Shown: positions 38,476 through 48,257 of the stretch, piece by piece
Layout of the letters: each line of letters begins with the position of its first letter
Position numbering within the stretch: position 1 is the first letter of the stretch
Assembly: GCA_965200245.1 (NCBI GenBank)
Contig: CBDATS010000008.1
Location: 1-64,000 of the forward strand
DNA length: 64,000 nt
Direction of reading: 5' to 3'
From: a bacterium
Lineage (GTDB): Bacteria > UBA8248
Notes under the pieces: generated by a model
The model's database searches: none
Seen by the model: only the letters and a program-made list of their open reading frames with translations
Told to the model about the DNA's origin: nothing
Position numbers and translations under genes: made by a program

Positions 38476-39516
38476 CTAATACATCAGCATGGCGTCTCCG
38501 TAGCTGTAGAACCTGTATCCCTCATCTATCGCCTGCGCGTATGCGTTCAGGACTTTCTCCCTGCCCGCGAACGCCGCCACCAGCATGAGCAAGGTCGATC
38601 GCGGCAGATGGAAGTTAGTGAGCATCATATCCACGGCCTGAAACCGAAAGCCCGGCCGGATGAACAGGCGGGTGCTGAATTCTCCCGCCTCTGGCGTCTG
38701 GCCATGTGCGTTCGCCTGGATATAGGCGGATTCCAGGGCACGGACCACGGTTGTGCCCACCGCCAGAATCCGGCCGCCACCCGCTTTGGCCTCGCCTATA
38801 GAGGCGACGGCCTCTTCGGTGAGAATGTAGCTTTCCGTGCCCATCTCGTGTTCGTTGATGTTTTGCGTCTGAACGGGCCTGAACGTGCCGGCCCCCACGT
38901 GGAGGGTGATCCTTGCGATGCGCGCGCCAGTGGCCGATATCTCTTCGAGCAGTGTTTCGCTCAGGTGGAGTCCAGCTGTGGGCGCGGCGACAGCGCCAGG
39001 GTTTCTGGCAAAAACGGTCTGGTAGCGCTCCTTGTCGATAGATTCGGCGCCTCTGCACAGATAGGGTGGTATCGGCATCTCCCCGAAAGATTCCAGCCAT
39101 TCGAGAAGTCCGTCCACGGTAGAGAATTCGAGTTCTCTCTCGAGGCCTTGCGGTCCGAACGTGGCTTGGTGCTCTTCATCGAAAACGATTGTTTCCCCCT
39201 CGGGCAGGGGGCTTTTGGCGCGCGCCATGGCGCGGAATTTTCCGGGCGAGAGTTGCTTGAGAAGAAGGACCTCTACCCGACCTCCGCTTTTTCGCCTGCC
39301 GTGAATTCTCCACGGGTTGACCTTCGTATCGTTCAGGACAATCAAATCCCGCGGGCGCAGATGATGTGACAGGTCTGTAATCTGAAGATGCGCAATCCCT
39401 TCTCCCGTTCTGGGGAGATGGAGCAGCCTCGCGTCCTCACGGTTTGGCGGCGGGTAACGGGCGATGAGATTCCTGGGCAGGTGATAGTCGAAATCGTCCA
39501 GTTCCATGCGTCTCAC
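38476..39516 (-). CDS. queA: SAM:tRNA ribosyltransferase-isomerase
   Basis: Motifs DFDYHLP, NDTKV, PPY, AAPTAGLH, LHVG.GTF and YSYGDAM. Confidence 0.96.
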   Translation of the reverse strand: MRRMELDDFDYHLPRNLIARYPPPNREDARLLHLPRTGEGIAHLQITDLSHHLRPRDLIVLNDTKVNPWRIHGRRKSGGRVEVLLLKQLSPGKFRAMARAKSPLPEGETIVFDEEHQATFGPQGLERELEFSTVDGLLEWLESFGEMPIPPYLCRGAESIDKERYQTVFARNPGAVAAPTAGLHLSETLLEEISATGARIARITLHVGAGTFRPVQTQNINEHEMGTESYILTEEAVASIGEAKAGGGRILAVGTTVVRALESAYIQANAHGQTPEAGEFSTRLFIRPGFRFQAVDMMLTNFHLPRSTLLMLVAAFAGREKVLNAYAQAIDEGYRFYSYGDAMLMY

Positions 39517-39552
39517 GTTATTTGCGGATTTACTTACTTGAATATGGTGGAT

Positions 39553-40389
39553 CTAGTTTTCTTCATCCACTCCTCCCGGAAGGGGCGAAACGGCAGACTC
39601 CTGCGCGCCGTCTTTTTCTTCCGGGTGAAGGAGTTTCCATATTGCCTGGCGCAGCACGCCTCGCATCACCCGGACCTCCCTTTCGTCCGGTCCCATCCTG
39701 TCGAGCATCTTCCGAAACGTGCGGGCCACGCGGTTCGGGTCGTTGTGGGGGGTGAAACCTATCTGTTCCATGGATTCGAGCAGATGATCCACCAGTCCCT
39801 CGATTTCCTCGCGCGGTGCGGGTTCATGCTCATTCGTACGCTCGCGCTTCGTGTTGGCCGTCCCGGGCAGGGTGCCAGGCTGGTTCTGGCAGAACAACTC
39901 CCACAAGACGATCAGCACGGCCTGTGAGAGATTGAACGATTCGCCGCTCGGCAACGCCGGAATAAGGAGCCTCTCCTGGCACAGGCTCAACTCCTCGGTG
40001 AACAGGCCCTTGTCCTCCTGCCCGAACACGAGGCCGACTTTCATGCCCGATGCGCGCTCGAGCATGGCGCCCGCATCTTCTCTCGGACGCATGGTGGGCT
40101 GCCGTTTCCTGCCGAGGCGCCTCGATGTCCCCACCAGCCAGCCGCAATCGTGAGTGGCCTCGCGCAGGTTCGCGAAGTGCTTGGCGTCTGCCAGAAGTGG
40201 CTGCGCGTTCATCGCCATCGATCGCGTCTCCACGCTCTTGACGTCGCAGCGAGGCGAGACGAGGCGCAGGTCGGACAGGCCGAAGTGCGACATCACGCGC
40301 GCAATGGCACCCACGTTGCGCGCGCCCCTCGGACGCACGAGGATGATGGCGAAATCGGTGTTTTCTTCCAAAGAGGAGGGTTCGTCCAT
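39553..40389 (-). CDS. trmJ: TrmJ/LasT-family SPOUT RNA methyltransferase
   Basis: Motifs NVGAIAR.M, VFGQEDKGL and SFNLSQAV. Confidence 0.88.
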   Translation of the reverse strand: MDEPSSLEENTDFAIILVRPRGARNVGAIARVMSHFGLSDLRLVSPRCDVKSVETRSMAMNAQPLLADAKHFANLREATHDCGWLVGTSRRLGRKRQPTMRPREDAGAMLERASGMKVGLVFGQEDKGLFTEELSLCQERLLIPALPSGESFNLSQAVLIVLWELFCQNQPGTLPGTANTKRERTNEHEPAPREEIEGLVDHLLESMEQIGFTPHNDPNRVARTFRKMLDRMGPDEREVRVMRGVLRQAIWKLLHPEEKDGAQESAVSPLPGGVDEEN

Positions 40390-40641
40390 GAGGCGTTATC
40401 ACCATGGGTCGGAAACTGGGGTTTCGGATTTCACTGCGCCCTGGATTCAAATATAGCACTCCGGGCGCGGGCTTCGAACTTATCTTCCTCATAGCACAAA
40501 GCAACCCGCCCTGTCATAAACGAGCCGGGCACCCACGCCGAAATTCCCGTGAACCGGCGTCTCGCGCCTTGGTAGAGGCGGGTCCGCGCCGGGAGTTGCG
40601 AGGCGGTGTCATGCGCGTTGTTTTCACGTATAATTGTTGTT

Positions 40642-41034
40642 ATGAGTTCTGACATCACACGAACATTCCAGCGCGGGAACCTCCACGAGTTGGCGGCCTT
40701 TCTGGTGACGCCCGCTCGATCGGGCGTATTTCTCACGCGAAGCCGCATTCGCTCCCTGGCTCAGGAGATGGGCCTGCGCGCAGGCGTTCAAAGCCGTGCC
40801 AGAATGCTGGAGAATCTCTTTCGCGAGGCGGGTTCGGACGGCCGGGTGCTGGAGTTGCTCGCGTGCATCGACGGGGTGGCGGAGGAGAACCTCGCCCGTT
40901 ACCGCGCCTGGTCGAAGGCGTGTCCACCCTCAAAAGCCGCATGGCGCGACTGGACGAAAAAGACCCAGGCTCTCAGGCGTCACCTCGCACAGGCCCGGAA
41001 GTGGGCGCATGCCGTGAAAGAAGACGCCTCATAG
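40642..41034 (+). CDS. Hypothetical protein
   Basis: Host-like codon usage and TATAAT just upstream; no recognised motif. Confidence 0.6.
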   Translation: MSSDITRTFQRGNLHELAAFLVTPARSGVFLTRSRIRSLAQEMGLRAGVQSRARMLENLFREAGSDGRVLELLACIDGVAEENLARYRAWSKACPPSKAAWRDWTKKTQALRRHLAQARKWAHAVKEDAS

Positions 41035-41179
41035 GGCCTGTGCTGGTTTAGGAGCGAAATCCGCGTGGTTGGAACAGCTGGCCTCTCTCAGTTGAAGAAT
41101 TGGAAAATAACCATGGCTGGTTAACCAAAACGACCAACGGCAGAAATAGTCAAATCATCATCTCAACCAGGCAAGGCAG

Positions 41180-41320
41180 AATTGAAAACCGATTTGTAGG
41201 TGAATACGACGTTCAAACAAGCTGTCCAGGCATTGGGTCAGGGAGATTGATACTATTGACCGAATCAAATCCCTGTTCATGGGGATGGTTGGCAAGTGAT
41301 TGAAATATTATGAACTGAAA
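41180..41320 (+). pseudogene. C-terminal remnant of an IS1595-family transposase
   Basis: NRFVGEY, frameshift, then RHWVREIDTIDRIKSLFMGMVGK*LKYYEL, matching the IS1595-type RY..EF..RHN.R..DT..M..GMVGKRL.Y..L tail. Confidence 0.65.
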
Positions 41321-41616
41321 CGGAAACAATCAAAGGAACTCGTTTCTCTTTCCTGTTTGACAACTTGGAATTTCTTCCTGTATCGTTTTTCACCGTTACC
41401 ATCATTGCACGGGATTCCTGGCTGACCAAAGTCGGGTTTCTCGCTGAATACAACAGCCTTGTAGATGATGGGGGTAGCTCCCTCGTCATAAAGGTAAATA
41501 GGTGAGGTCTCACCCACTTTTCTCGTGTGATGATGGTAAAAGGCCCGGCCTTATGAGGCTGGGCACACGCCATTATCGGGTAGGGCATACAACATTGATG
41601 GGAGGAGGCCACCACC

Positions 41617-42201
41617 ATGCAGCAACAAGCGAAAAAAGAAACTGCCCCGGACATAAATGAGTACAAGGTTTTTGGGCCATTTGAACTAAAACGAAAGAAA
41701 GAAAATGGTAAATGGGTACTGGATTTAGAGGCTAAAACTGAATTTTGGAATAATGTTCTTGAAAAGACTGGTTAGGATTTAAAAGAGGGACGCGGTTGTT
41801 ACATCTTCGCCGTAAATGTAGGCAAAAACTTTACCCCTTGGTATGTAGGCAAGTCTAGTAGGCCATTTCAGAAGGAAGTTTTTCAAGACCACAAGCAAGA
41901 CCACTACCAGAATGTAGTAAAAACAAAAATCAAAAGAGGCAAGCCTGTTCTATTTTTCGTGGCCAGACTTACCGGGAGAGGAAAAAAACTTGCGGGACCC
42001 CTCAATAAAGGAGTAGTTGATTATCTGGAGCAGATGTTCATTATTGAAGCGTATCGCGCAAATAATGACCTTCTGAACGTGGGGAAGACAAGTATTCCGA
42101 AGCAGTTGCACATCCCCGGCATTTTCAAGAATCCCGCAGTCAAAAAGAAAAAACCCGACGACTCTACAAAAGCTCGCAAGCAAGCACTAAACCTTCCTTA
42201 G
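41617..42201 (+). pseudogene. GIY-YIG-like nuclease passenger gene with an internal TAG (41773)
   Basis: GGAGG RBS and a single 194-codon frame with one stop. Motifs GCYIF..PWYVGK, YLEQMFI and NNDLLN; AT-rich. Confidence 0.65.
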
Positions 42202-42209
42202 TAACTTGC

Positions 42210-42377
42210 ATGAGAACATCCAAACCGGAACTCGATCCAATCACAATGGATGAATTCAAGGTCGCGGTGAAGGACATTCTGTTGAGAAAAGTCGATAAGA
42301 AGCCGAAGTGGGAGAACGAGATGCCCGGCAAGGAAGAATTGAACCGGAAATGGAAATTGGTAAGGAAAAAGGACTGA
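42210..42377 (+). CDS. 55-aa hypothetical protein at the IS end
   Basis: Hand translation MRTSKPELDPITMDEFKVAVKDILL...PGKEELNRKWKLVRKKD; below the track length cutoff. Confidence 0.55.
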   Translation: MRTSKPELDPITMDEFKVAVKDILLRKVDKKPKWENEMPGKEELNRKWKLVRKKD

Positions 42378-42401
42378 CGGCGGAAGGAGGAGTTTAGGAG
42401 A

Positions 42402-42416
42402 GGTATATAAATCCCC
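42402..42416 (-). mobile_element. IS1595-family-like terminal inverted repeat (GGGGATTTATATACC)
   Basis: Lies at the right edge of the low-GC island, downstream of the transposase remnant. Confidence 0.5.
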
Positions 42417-42479
42417 TATATCGAGAAGCCGTGCTCATCTTGTTTCAGTCAGTTTTGTAGATAATTACCTCTCTCTTCG

Positions 42480-43118
42480 TTAAAGTATCCTGGAGATGTA
42501 TTTCCTGTCCGAGAAGACGAATTCACGTATCCATCCGGCGAGTTCACGGTAGAGGTGTGTTTCCGCGTCCTCTTCCATGCTAGACGTGTAGATGGGCATC
42601 CAGCGCATGAGGTGCTCGTCCATGAATCGCGCGCTCAAGGTTAGCTTTTCCCGTGCAGATTCCGTGTTCCCATCTCTCCAGGCGTCCGCCTCCTCGTCGG
42701 CGAGCCGGGCCAGGAATTCGAGTTCCACACTTAGGTGGTCCATCGCCAGCACGCTGGAATGGGCGAGTCCCTCGCTTCCTTTTCCCGGGTTGTAGCCGCA
42801 CGCGCGGTAGAAATCGGTTACGTCATCCGTCCTCTTCGAGTTCAAATGCCCGCTTTCATCCATCAGGGCGGCTTCATAAGGTGGGGAGGAGAGCACGAAG
42901 AGGTTCGTGAAATCGACCCGAAGCTTCTGGAAGGCCTCTTCTGTGATCTCGAATCCTTCGGGGAAGAGGAACGGATAGTTTTCCAGCAGGAAACCTGCGA
43001 GTTCCGCGTCGAGCGGGTCGAGCATCGCTCGCGCCTGAACCCGGTAGAGTTGGGCGCGCAGCCTCGCCTGCCCTGCATACTCCGAATTCGCGGCGCGGCG
43101 CCTCCAGCGGAGGTTCAT
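42480..43118 (-). CDS. TorD/DmsD-family molybdoenzyme chaperone
   Basis: Motifs PPYE, DHLSVELEF and F..EHL..W. Start overlaps the upstream stop (ATGA). Confidence 0.88.
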   Translation of the reverse strand: MNLRWRRRAANSEYAGQARLRAQLYRVQARAMLDPLDAELAGFLLENYPFLFPEGFEITEEAFQKLRVDFTNLFVLSSPPYEAALMDESGHLNSKRTDDVTDFYRACGYNPGKGSEGLAHSSVLAMDHLSVELEFLARLADEEADAWRDGNTESAREKLTLSARFMDEHLMRWMPIYTSSMEEDAETHLYRELAGWIREFVFSDRKYISRIL

Positions 43119-45991
43119 TCGGAGATGGTGTAGGCCTCGGCCTGGGGCTTGTTGGGCCGGGCGAACCAAAGCGGACGCCTGAGGTTGTCGGGGCCTGGTG
43201 CCGGTCTCGTCATCTCGAGCCATTCCTTGTAGTGCTCGAAGCTCTTCTTCGTGTCGACACTGATGTCACCGTAACGATCCGCCGCCCCCGCCTTCGTTAC
43301 CCGGACCTTCTGGTGCCAGCAGTGCATGCCGCTCACCGGGTCGGGGTTGACCGGGAATGTGAGGTTTTGGTTGACACCTACCTCGCGCCACCAGATGCGC
43401 TCGGTGTCCGGGTCGTCGCTCTTGAAGGGCTGGACGCCGTGCACTTGGCGCATGGTGTATTCTCCGTTGCCCTTCTCGTCGAGGCGAACGACGGCGGAGG
43501 CGATCTTGGGCGCGCCTTGGTCTTCGCTCAGACGCCAGCGACCCAGGTGGTGTGCCATGGCGACGATGCCGGGCCTCAATCCCTCGGTCACCCAGCATCT
43601 GGTGACGAAATGACCTATCTTGGTCTCGACTTTCGCGAGGTCGCCCGTTTTGAGTCCGAGGCGTGCGGCGTCGTCCGTGTGTATCCACAACGGATTGTTG
43701 TGGGTGATCTCGTAGAGCCATTTCACGGCCGAGCGCGTGTGGATGAGGGTGGCGAGGCGATAGTTGGGCAGCAGGTCGAACTCGTTGTTCTCCCTTTGCA
43801 TGTCGCGCCAGTAGACGTGGGTTTTCATGTACCTGGGTATAGTCTGATCATCCCAGTTCCAGGCCGCCATGGTCGGGCTGTAGAATTCAAGTTTCCTGGA
43901 AGGCGTCGAGAAGCCCGTCCTCGGCCTTCCCTTGCTCATATTGCCGATGACGGCACCTTCTTTCCAGACCGAACCCGTCGCCTCGTCTACATGAGCGTCT
44001 TGCATCGCTTCATCCGAAAGTTCGTGCATGTGGGGTTCGTACACGTTTTCCTGCACGGCGAAAACCCCATATCTGCGCATGTATTCGAGAGGCGTCAGTC
44101 CCTCTTTCTCGGCGGCCTCGGGCAGTCCCGGCACACCGTTTTCGAACATCCACTGATAATATTCGTTCACCGTGATCTTCTCGCCCGGTCTGTAGGGGCT
44201 CTCGAAATACTGCCGGATGCCGAGCGAGCCGTCCGGGTCCACGCGCCAGGAGAGTTCGATGTGGAGTTCGTTTTCTTCCCATACCTCACCGGGGTTTGCT
44301 TCCCGTGAGGTCTTGAACGTCTCTCCCATCTTCTCGCGAAGCGCGCGGAGCACGGGCTGGCGGAAACCTACCCACTTCGTGGGATGCGTCTCCTGGCTCT
44401 GGTTGTCGTGGCGTTCCGTGGCGTTGCCCATGGGTAGAATGTAGTCGGCGAACCACGCCGTTTCACTCCATGTGGGGGTGAGGGCCACATGGCAGCCTAT
44501 CTTGTCGTGATCTTTGAGCATATCCACCCACATGAAACCATCCGGATTCGTCCATACCGGGTTGTAGACCCGCGTGAAGTAAACGTCCACGCTGTGGCCC
44601 TTGTCCTTCACGAGGTGGGGCATAAGGAAACTCATCTCGAAGAAGGCGAGGGGGTATTCTCGGGGGAAAAGAAGCTCGTTCCATTCTTTTGGTCCCGGCG
44701 CGGGGTTGGGGTGTTGGGGCACGAACTTGTGCGTGCTCGCCAGGTGGGTTCCGCCCACAGTGCCCACTGCGCCCGTAAGCGAGGGGAGGAAGTGCAGGCA
44801 GCGCGCCACCTGCCAGCCGTGAAGGTTGCCGGTAGCGGCCGCTCGCCAGACATGGACGCAAAGCCTGTTTCCGGCACGAGCGACGACCTGGGCGACCTCG
44901 GCGATGAGATCGGCGGATACGCCCGTCTCCTCCGCCGCGAATTCGAAGGTGAACTGCGCATATTCCTGCCTGAGTTTCTCGATGAAGTTCTCGAAACTTG
45001 CCTCGTCGTCGGGGTGAACGGTCCGCATGTATTCGGTCCAGTTCATCCACTCCTCGACGAACTGCGCGTCGAACTGTCCGGTATCGAGCAGATAGCGCGC
45101 GATGGCGAGCAGAATCGCCGCCTCGGTCCCGCTGTAGGCAGGCAGCCAGTAGTCGGCCTTCGCCGCCGTGTTGGAGAGCCTGGGGTCGATGACGATTAGT
45201 TTTGCGCCGCTGGTTTGCGCCTCGATAATGCGCTGGGCAGATGGGTTGTAGTAGTGGCCCGTGTCGAGGTGGCTGCTGATGAGCAGGATGGCGTCGGCGT
45301 TGGTGAAATCAGGCGAGGGCCTGTCTGACCCGTTCCAGAGGAACTGGCCGATGCGGGCGGAGGAGCTGCACACGTTGGTGTGACTGTTGTGGCCGTCTAC
45401 ACCCCAGCCTGCGAGCGTCTTGAACATGTAGCCGTCCTCACCGGGTCGCCCCACATGGTAGATGACGCCGTTTCGCCGCCCTTCTAGGATCGCTTCCCGC
45501 ATGCGGCCTGCGATGTCGTCGAGCGCCTCGTCCCAACTCACGCGTTCCCACTTGCCCTCGCCACGCTCGCCTACGCGTTTCAGGGGATAGAAGATGCGAT
45601 CGGGGTCGTAGACCTGGTTGAGCGTCACCCAGCCTTTCGCGCAGTTACGCCCGCGCGAAGCGGGGTGAAGGGGATTGCCCTCGATTTTCCTGATCTTCAT
45701 GTCGTCCTTGTCGACGTAGGCCAGAAGGCCACATCCCGCCTCGCAGTTGAAGCAGAGGGTCGGAACCAGCGCGTAGTTTCTCGTCACCTTCTGCGGCCAT
45801 TTGGTGCTCTCGTATTCTGTCCAGTTGTCCCACTGGTCGGGACTCGGGTAGGAAGTGAGGGTACCGTTCGTGTTCGTGTAGTTGAGTTGTCCCGCAGGCG
45901 CTGCGGGCGGGGCCTTGGCCAGCAGGTCGGGGCGGCCCAGTGAGGCGACATCGCGCGCGCCCTTGCCGACTTGAAGATGACTTGTGCTCAT
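43115..45991 (-). CDS. Mo-bisPGD oxidoreductase catalytic subunit
   Basis: 4Fe-4S motif CFNCEAGC..NCAKG, plus YPLKRVGERGEG, HTNVCSS and VIDPR. No Tat leader. Confidence 0.92.
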   Translation of the reverse strand: MSTSHLQVGKGARDVASLGRPDLLAKAPPAAPAGQLNYTNTNGTLTSYPSPDQWDNWTEYESTKWPQKVTRNYALVPTLCFNCEAGCGLLAYVDKDDMKIRKIEGNPLHPASRGRNCAKGWVTLNQVYDPDRIFYPLKRVGERGEGKWERVSWDEALDDIAGRMREAILEGRRNGVIYHVGRPGEDGYMFKTLAGWGVDGHNSHTNVCSSSARIGQFLWNGSDRPSPDFTNADAILLISSHLDTGHYYNPSAQRIIEAQTSGAKLIVIDPRLSNTAAKADYWLPAYSGTEAAILLAIARYLLDTGQFDAQFVEEWMNWTEYMRTVHPDDEASFENFIEKLRQEYAQFTFEFAAEETGVSADLIAEVAQVVARAGNRLCVHVWRAAATGNLHGWQVARCLHFLPSLTGAVGTVGGTHLASTHKFVPQHPNPAPGPKEWNELLFPREYPLAFFEMSFLMPHLVKDKGHSVDVYFTRVYNPVWTNPDGFMWVDMLKDHDKIGCHVALTPTWSETAWFADYILPMGNATERHDNQSQETHPTKWVGFRQPVLRALREKMGETFKTSREANPGEVWEENELHIELSWRVDPDGSLGIRQYFESPYRPGEKITVNEYYQWMFENGVPGLPEAAEKEGLTPLEYMRRYGVFAVQENVYEPHMHELSDEAMQDAHVDEATGSVWKEGAVIGNMSKGRPRTGFSTPSRKLEFYSPTMAAWNWDDQTIPRYMKTHVYWRDMQRENNEFDLLPNYRLATLIHTRSAVKWLYEITHNNPLWIHTDDAARLGLKTGDLAKVETKIGHFVTRCWVTEGLRPGIVAMAHHLGRWRLSEDQGAPKIASAVVRLDEKGNGEYTMRQVHGVQPFKSDDPDTERIWWREVGVNQNLTFPVNPDPVSGMHCWHQKVRVTKAGAADRYGDISVDTKKSFEHYKEWLEMTRPAPGPDNLRRPLWFARPNKPQAEAYTISE

Positions 45992-46009
45992 GCTCTGGAA
46001 ACTCCCGGA

Positions 46010-47530
46010 TTACGAAAGGGGAATGGCCTGTCCGGCCTTCACCCAGATTTTGTCCCAAAGATACGCGCCCGCCATGGCCATGATGCCCGCCAGCACTGCG
46101 CTGAAACCGCCGAATCCTCCCAGCCATAGAAGGAGCAGGGGGGCAACGCATCCAACGACGATGGCCCCTCCCCAGAAATCGTTCCTGAATGGTCCGCTTG
46201 TCAGCAGGTGGATCGCCCGCTCATGGGCGACTGAGCCGAAGCGATGCACGAGAATCGAGAATATCAGTATGCTCAGGTGCAATACGACAAGGACGGCGAG
46301 CAGTCCGCCCAGAACGCGCAGGGCCGAGTCCTGACTCGCGATCGGGAAAAGCGTGGCGAACAGAAGCAGGATGGCTGCGCCCTTGAGGCCCGATTGTACG
46401 CCGATATCAAGCGTGTTCTCGCTTCCTTTCCATAAATCGCGCGCCGACGCCTGGGCAAAGAAAAAGCCCGTGTATATCGAGGATAACACGCCCAGGATGA
46501 TGGTGGGCCAGAGGATGAGATTCAGGAAGCCCGTCGCGCCCACCAAGGCGCCCAGCACCCAGAGGAAGGTGAAGACGCCGTCCAGCGCGATGAACCACGT
46601 GCCCCAGGCCATCCAGCTTCCCCAGTTCGAGCGCAGCATGATGTAGTAAAACCGCTCGGGACGCTTGAGGTCGGTGATGAGTACCGCACCCGTGACGGCG
46701 AGGAGGATTCCGCTGAGCGCGGGCATCCAGAAGGAGAACAGCGAACTCCTGAATCCGAACATCCACAAAAACAGGCTGATGACCAGAAGGCCCGTGCTCG
46801 CGCCCTTGGTCAGCAGGTAGGTGATGATTTTCGTTTCCCAGGGAATCTCATGGAAGGTGTCGTAGACGGTGCGGCTCTCGCCGGGCTTGTTCTCCCACTC
46901 GGGCACGACATCTTCTCGTTCCATGTCCATCTCGCCCTGCTTGTAGATGCCCGACTGGCCCGCTTCGGTGGGATCGAGAAGCTGGCGGCTGCCTTCCAGA
47001 TAATAGATGTTGGGCGCGGTGTTGTATTCGGGCTTCCTCACGTGGTAGGGGCGTTGCGTGGTGAGCCTCGATATCTTCGATTCCGAATCCTCCACATCGC
47101 CGAACACGCGGCACTGCGTGGGGCAGACCACCACGCAGGCGGGTTCGAGATTCGCTTCGAGTCGGTTCGCACAGAAATTGCATTTCTCCGCCGTCATCGT
47201 GTTGGGATCGATGAAGAGTTGATCGTAGGGACACGCCGCGATGCAGGATTTGCACCCGATGCACCAGTCCGGATCCAGGTCCACGATACCGTCCCTGCGC
47301 CTGAAGAGCGCCTTCGTCGGGCAGATGTTCTGGCAGGGAGCGTCGTCGCACTGGTTGCACAGGACGGGCAGGAATTCCCTCCTGGTGTTCGGGAAGGAAC
47401 CCTTTTCGACTTCCTTCACCCAGCATCGCCAGACGCCGATGGGAATGTCGTGTTCGGATTTACAGGCGATCGTACAGGCGTGGCATCCGATGCAGGATTC
47501 GAGGTCGATCGCCATTGCGTACTTGGGCAT
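46010..47530 (-). CDS. Fused 4x[4Fe-4S] (NrfC/PsrB) and NrfD/PsrC membrane anchor
   Basis: Motifs CIGCHAC, CNQC, CIGCKSC and KCNFC, then DL.RPERF, SWMAWG and YTG; multiple TM helices. Confidence 0.92.
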   Translation of the reverse strand: MPKYAMAIDLESCIGCHACTIACKSEHDIPIGVWRCWVKEVEKGSFPNTRREFLPVLCNQCDDAPCQNICPTKALFRRRDGIVDLDPDWCIGCKSCIAACPYDQLFIDPNTMTAEKCNFCANRLEANLEPACVVVCPTQCRVFGDVEDSESKISRLTTQRPYHVRKPEYNTAPNIYYLEGSRQLLDPTEAGQSGIYKQGEMDMEREDVVPEWENKPGESRTVYDTFHEIPWETKIITYLLTKGASTGLLVISLFLWMFGFRSSLFSFWMPALSGILLAVTGAVLITDLKRPERFYYIMLRSNWGSWMAWGTWFIALDGVFTFLWVLGALVGATGFLNLILWPTIILGVLSSIYTGFFFAQASARDLWKGSENTLDIGVQSGLKGAAILLLFATLFPIASQDSALRVLGGLLAVLVVLHLSILIFSILVHRFGSVAHERAIHLLTSGPFRNDFWGGAIVVGCVAPLLLLWLGGFGGFSAVLAGIMAMAGAYLWDKIWVKAGQAIPLS

Positions 47531-47696
47531 GAAGAATCCTCAATTGTCGTGAAACGCGTTTCTCATAACGTGGCATTGGTAGTCCAAAGCTAGAACTTTG
47601 CTGCGGATGTGTCAATTGAGGCAGAGTGATCGGGATTTTTCGCGTTTTCGCGCGGCTGGCCGCCGAGGAGGAAACCGGGTGGATGGGAGAGGCTCG

Positions 47697-48257
47697 ATGA
47701 GGCCCAGTCTCGCGTATCTGGCGAGGGGTCTTACGCTCGCGCGGTTTCTGATGATTCCACTCATCGTCTGGTCCTTGCTCCGTATAGGTTCCGTACCCGA
47801 CGGGCGGTGGCGGGCTTTACTCGTTGCCGCTTACGTCTACGCTGTCTTGAGTGACTTCGCGGATGGCCCTTTGGCGAGGCGGGCGGGGATCAGGAGTTAT
47901 TTCTGGGGGCAGATGGACGCCTTGTCGGACATTGCCTTCAACACGGCGGCGCTCGCAGCCGCCGCCTGGACGGGACAGCTCGGCCCCTGGGCCGCCCTGG
48001 GCGTCTTGATGCTGGGAGCGCAGTTCGTCTTGCGCTGTACAGGCGGGGCGGGGCGCACTGACGAGGCGTTGCCTGAAGATGCGGCGGGAAAATGGGCGGG
48101 GGTCTGTTTCTACGCCTTGGTGGGCGGCGTAGTGCTGATGGAGGGTTTATCGTGGGAGTGGCTTGCGCCCGTCCTGCCCTGGGCCGGCGATTTGGTTTTC
48201 CTCTATGCCCTTTTCCTGTTCGTCCGTAACGTACGATCGAGTCATGGGCGCTCCTGA
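47697..48257 (+). CDS. CDP-alcohol phosphatidyltransferase family
   Basis: LT..R and SDFADG.LAR....G..MD..SD. Confidence 0.85.
   Translation: MRPSLAYLARGLTLARFLMIPLIVWSLLRIGSVPDGRWRALLVAAYVYAVLSDFADGPLARRAGIRSYFWGQMDALSDIAFNTAALAAAAWTGQLGPWAALGVLMLGAQFVLRCTGGAGRTDEALPEDAAGKWAGVCFYALVGGVVLMEGLSWEWLAPVLPWAGDLVFLYALFLFVRNVRSSHGRS

Noticed and set aside
40400-40640. GC-rich intergenic region as a possible ncRNA
   Set aside because: No recognisable family motif; an Infernal/Rfam scan would be needed.
41297-41299. TGA in GMVGK*LKY as selenocysteine
   Set aside because: The column is Arg in the transposase motif (probably CGA to TGA), there is no hairpin, and the context is frameshifted.
41773-41775. 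Internal TAG as pyrrolysine or recoding
   Set aside because: TAG terminates many core genes in this window; a nonsense mutation is simpler.
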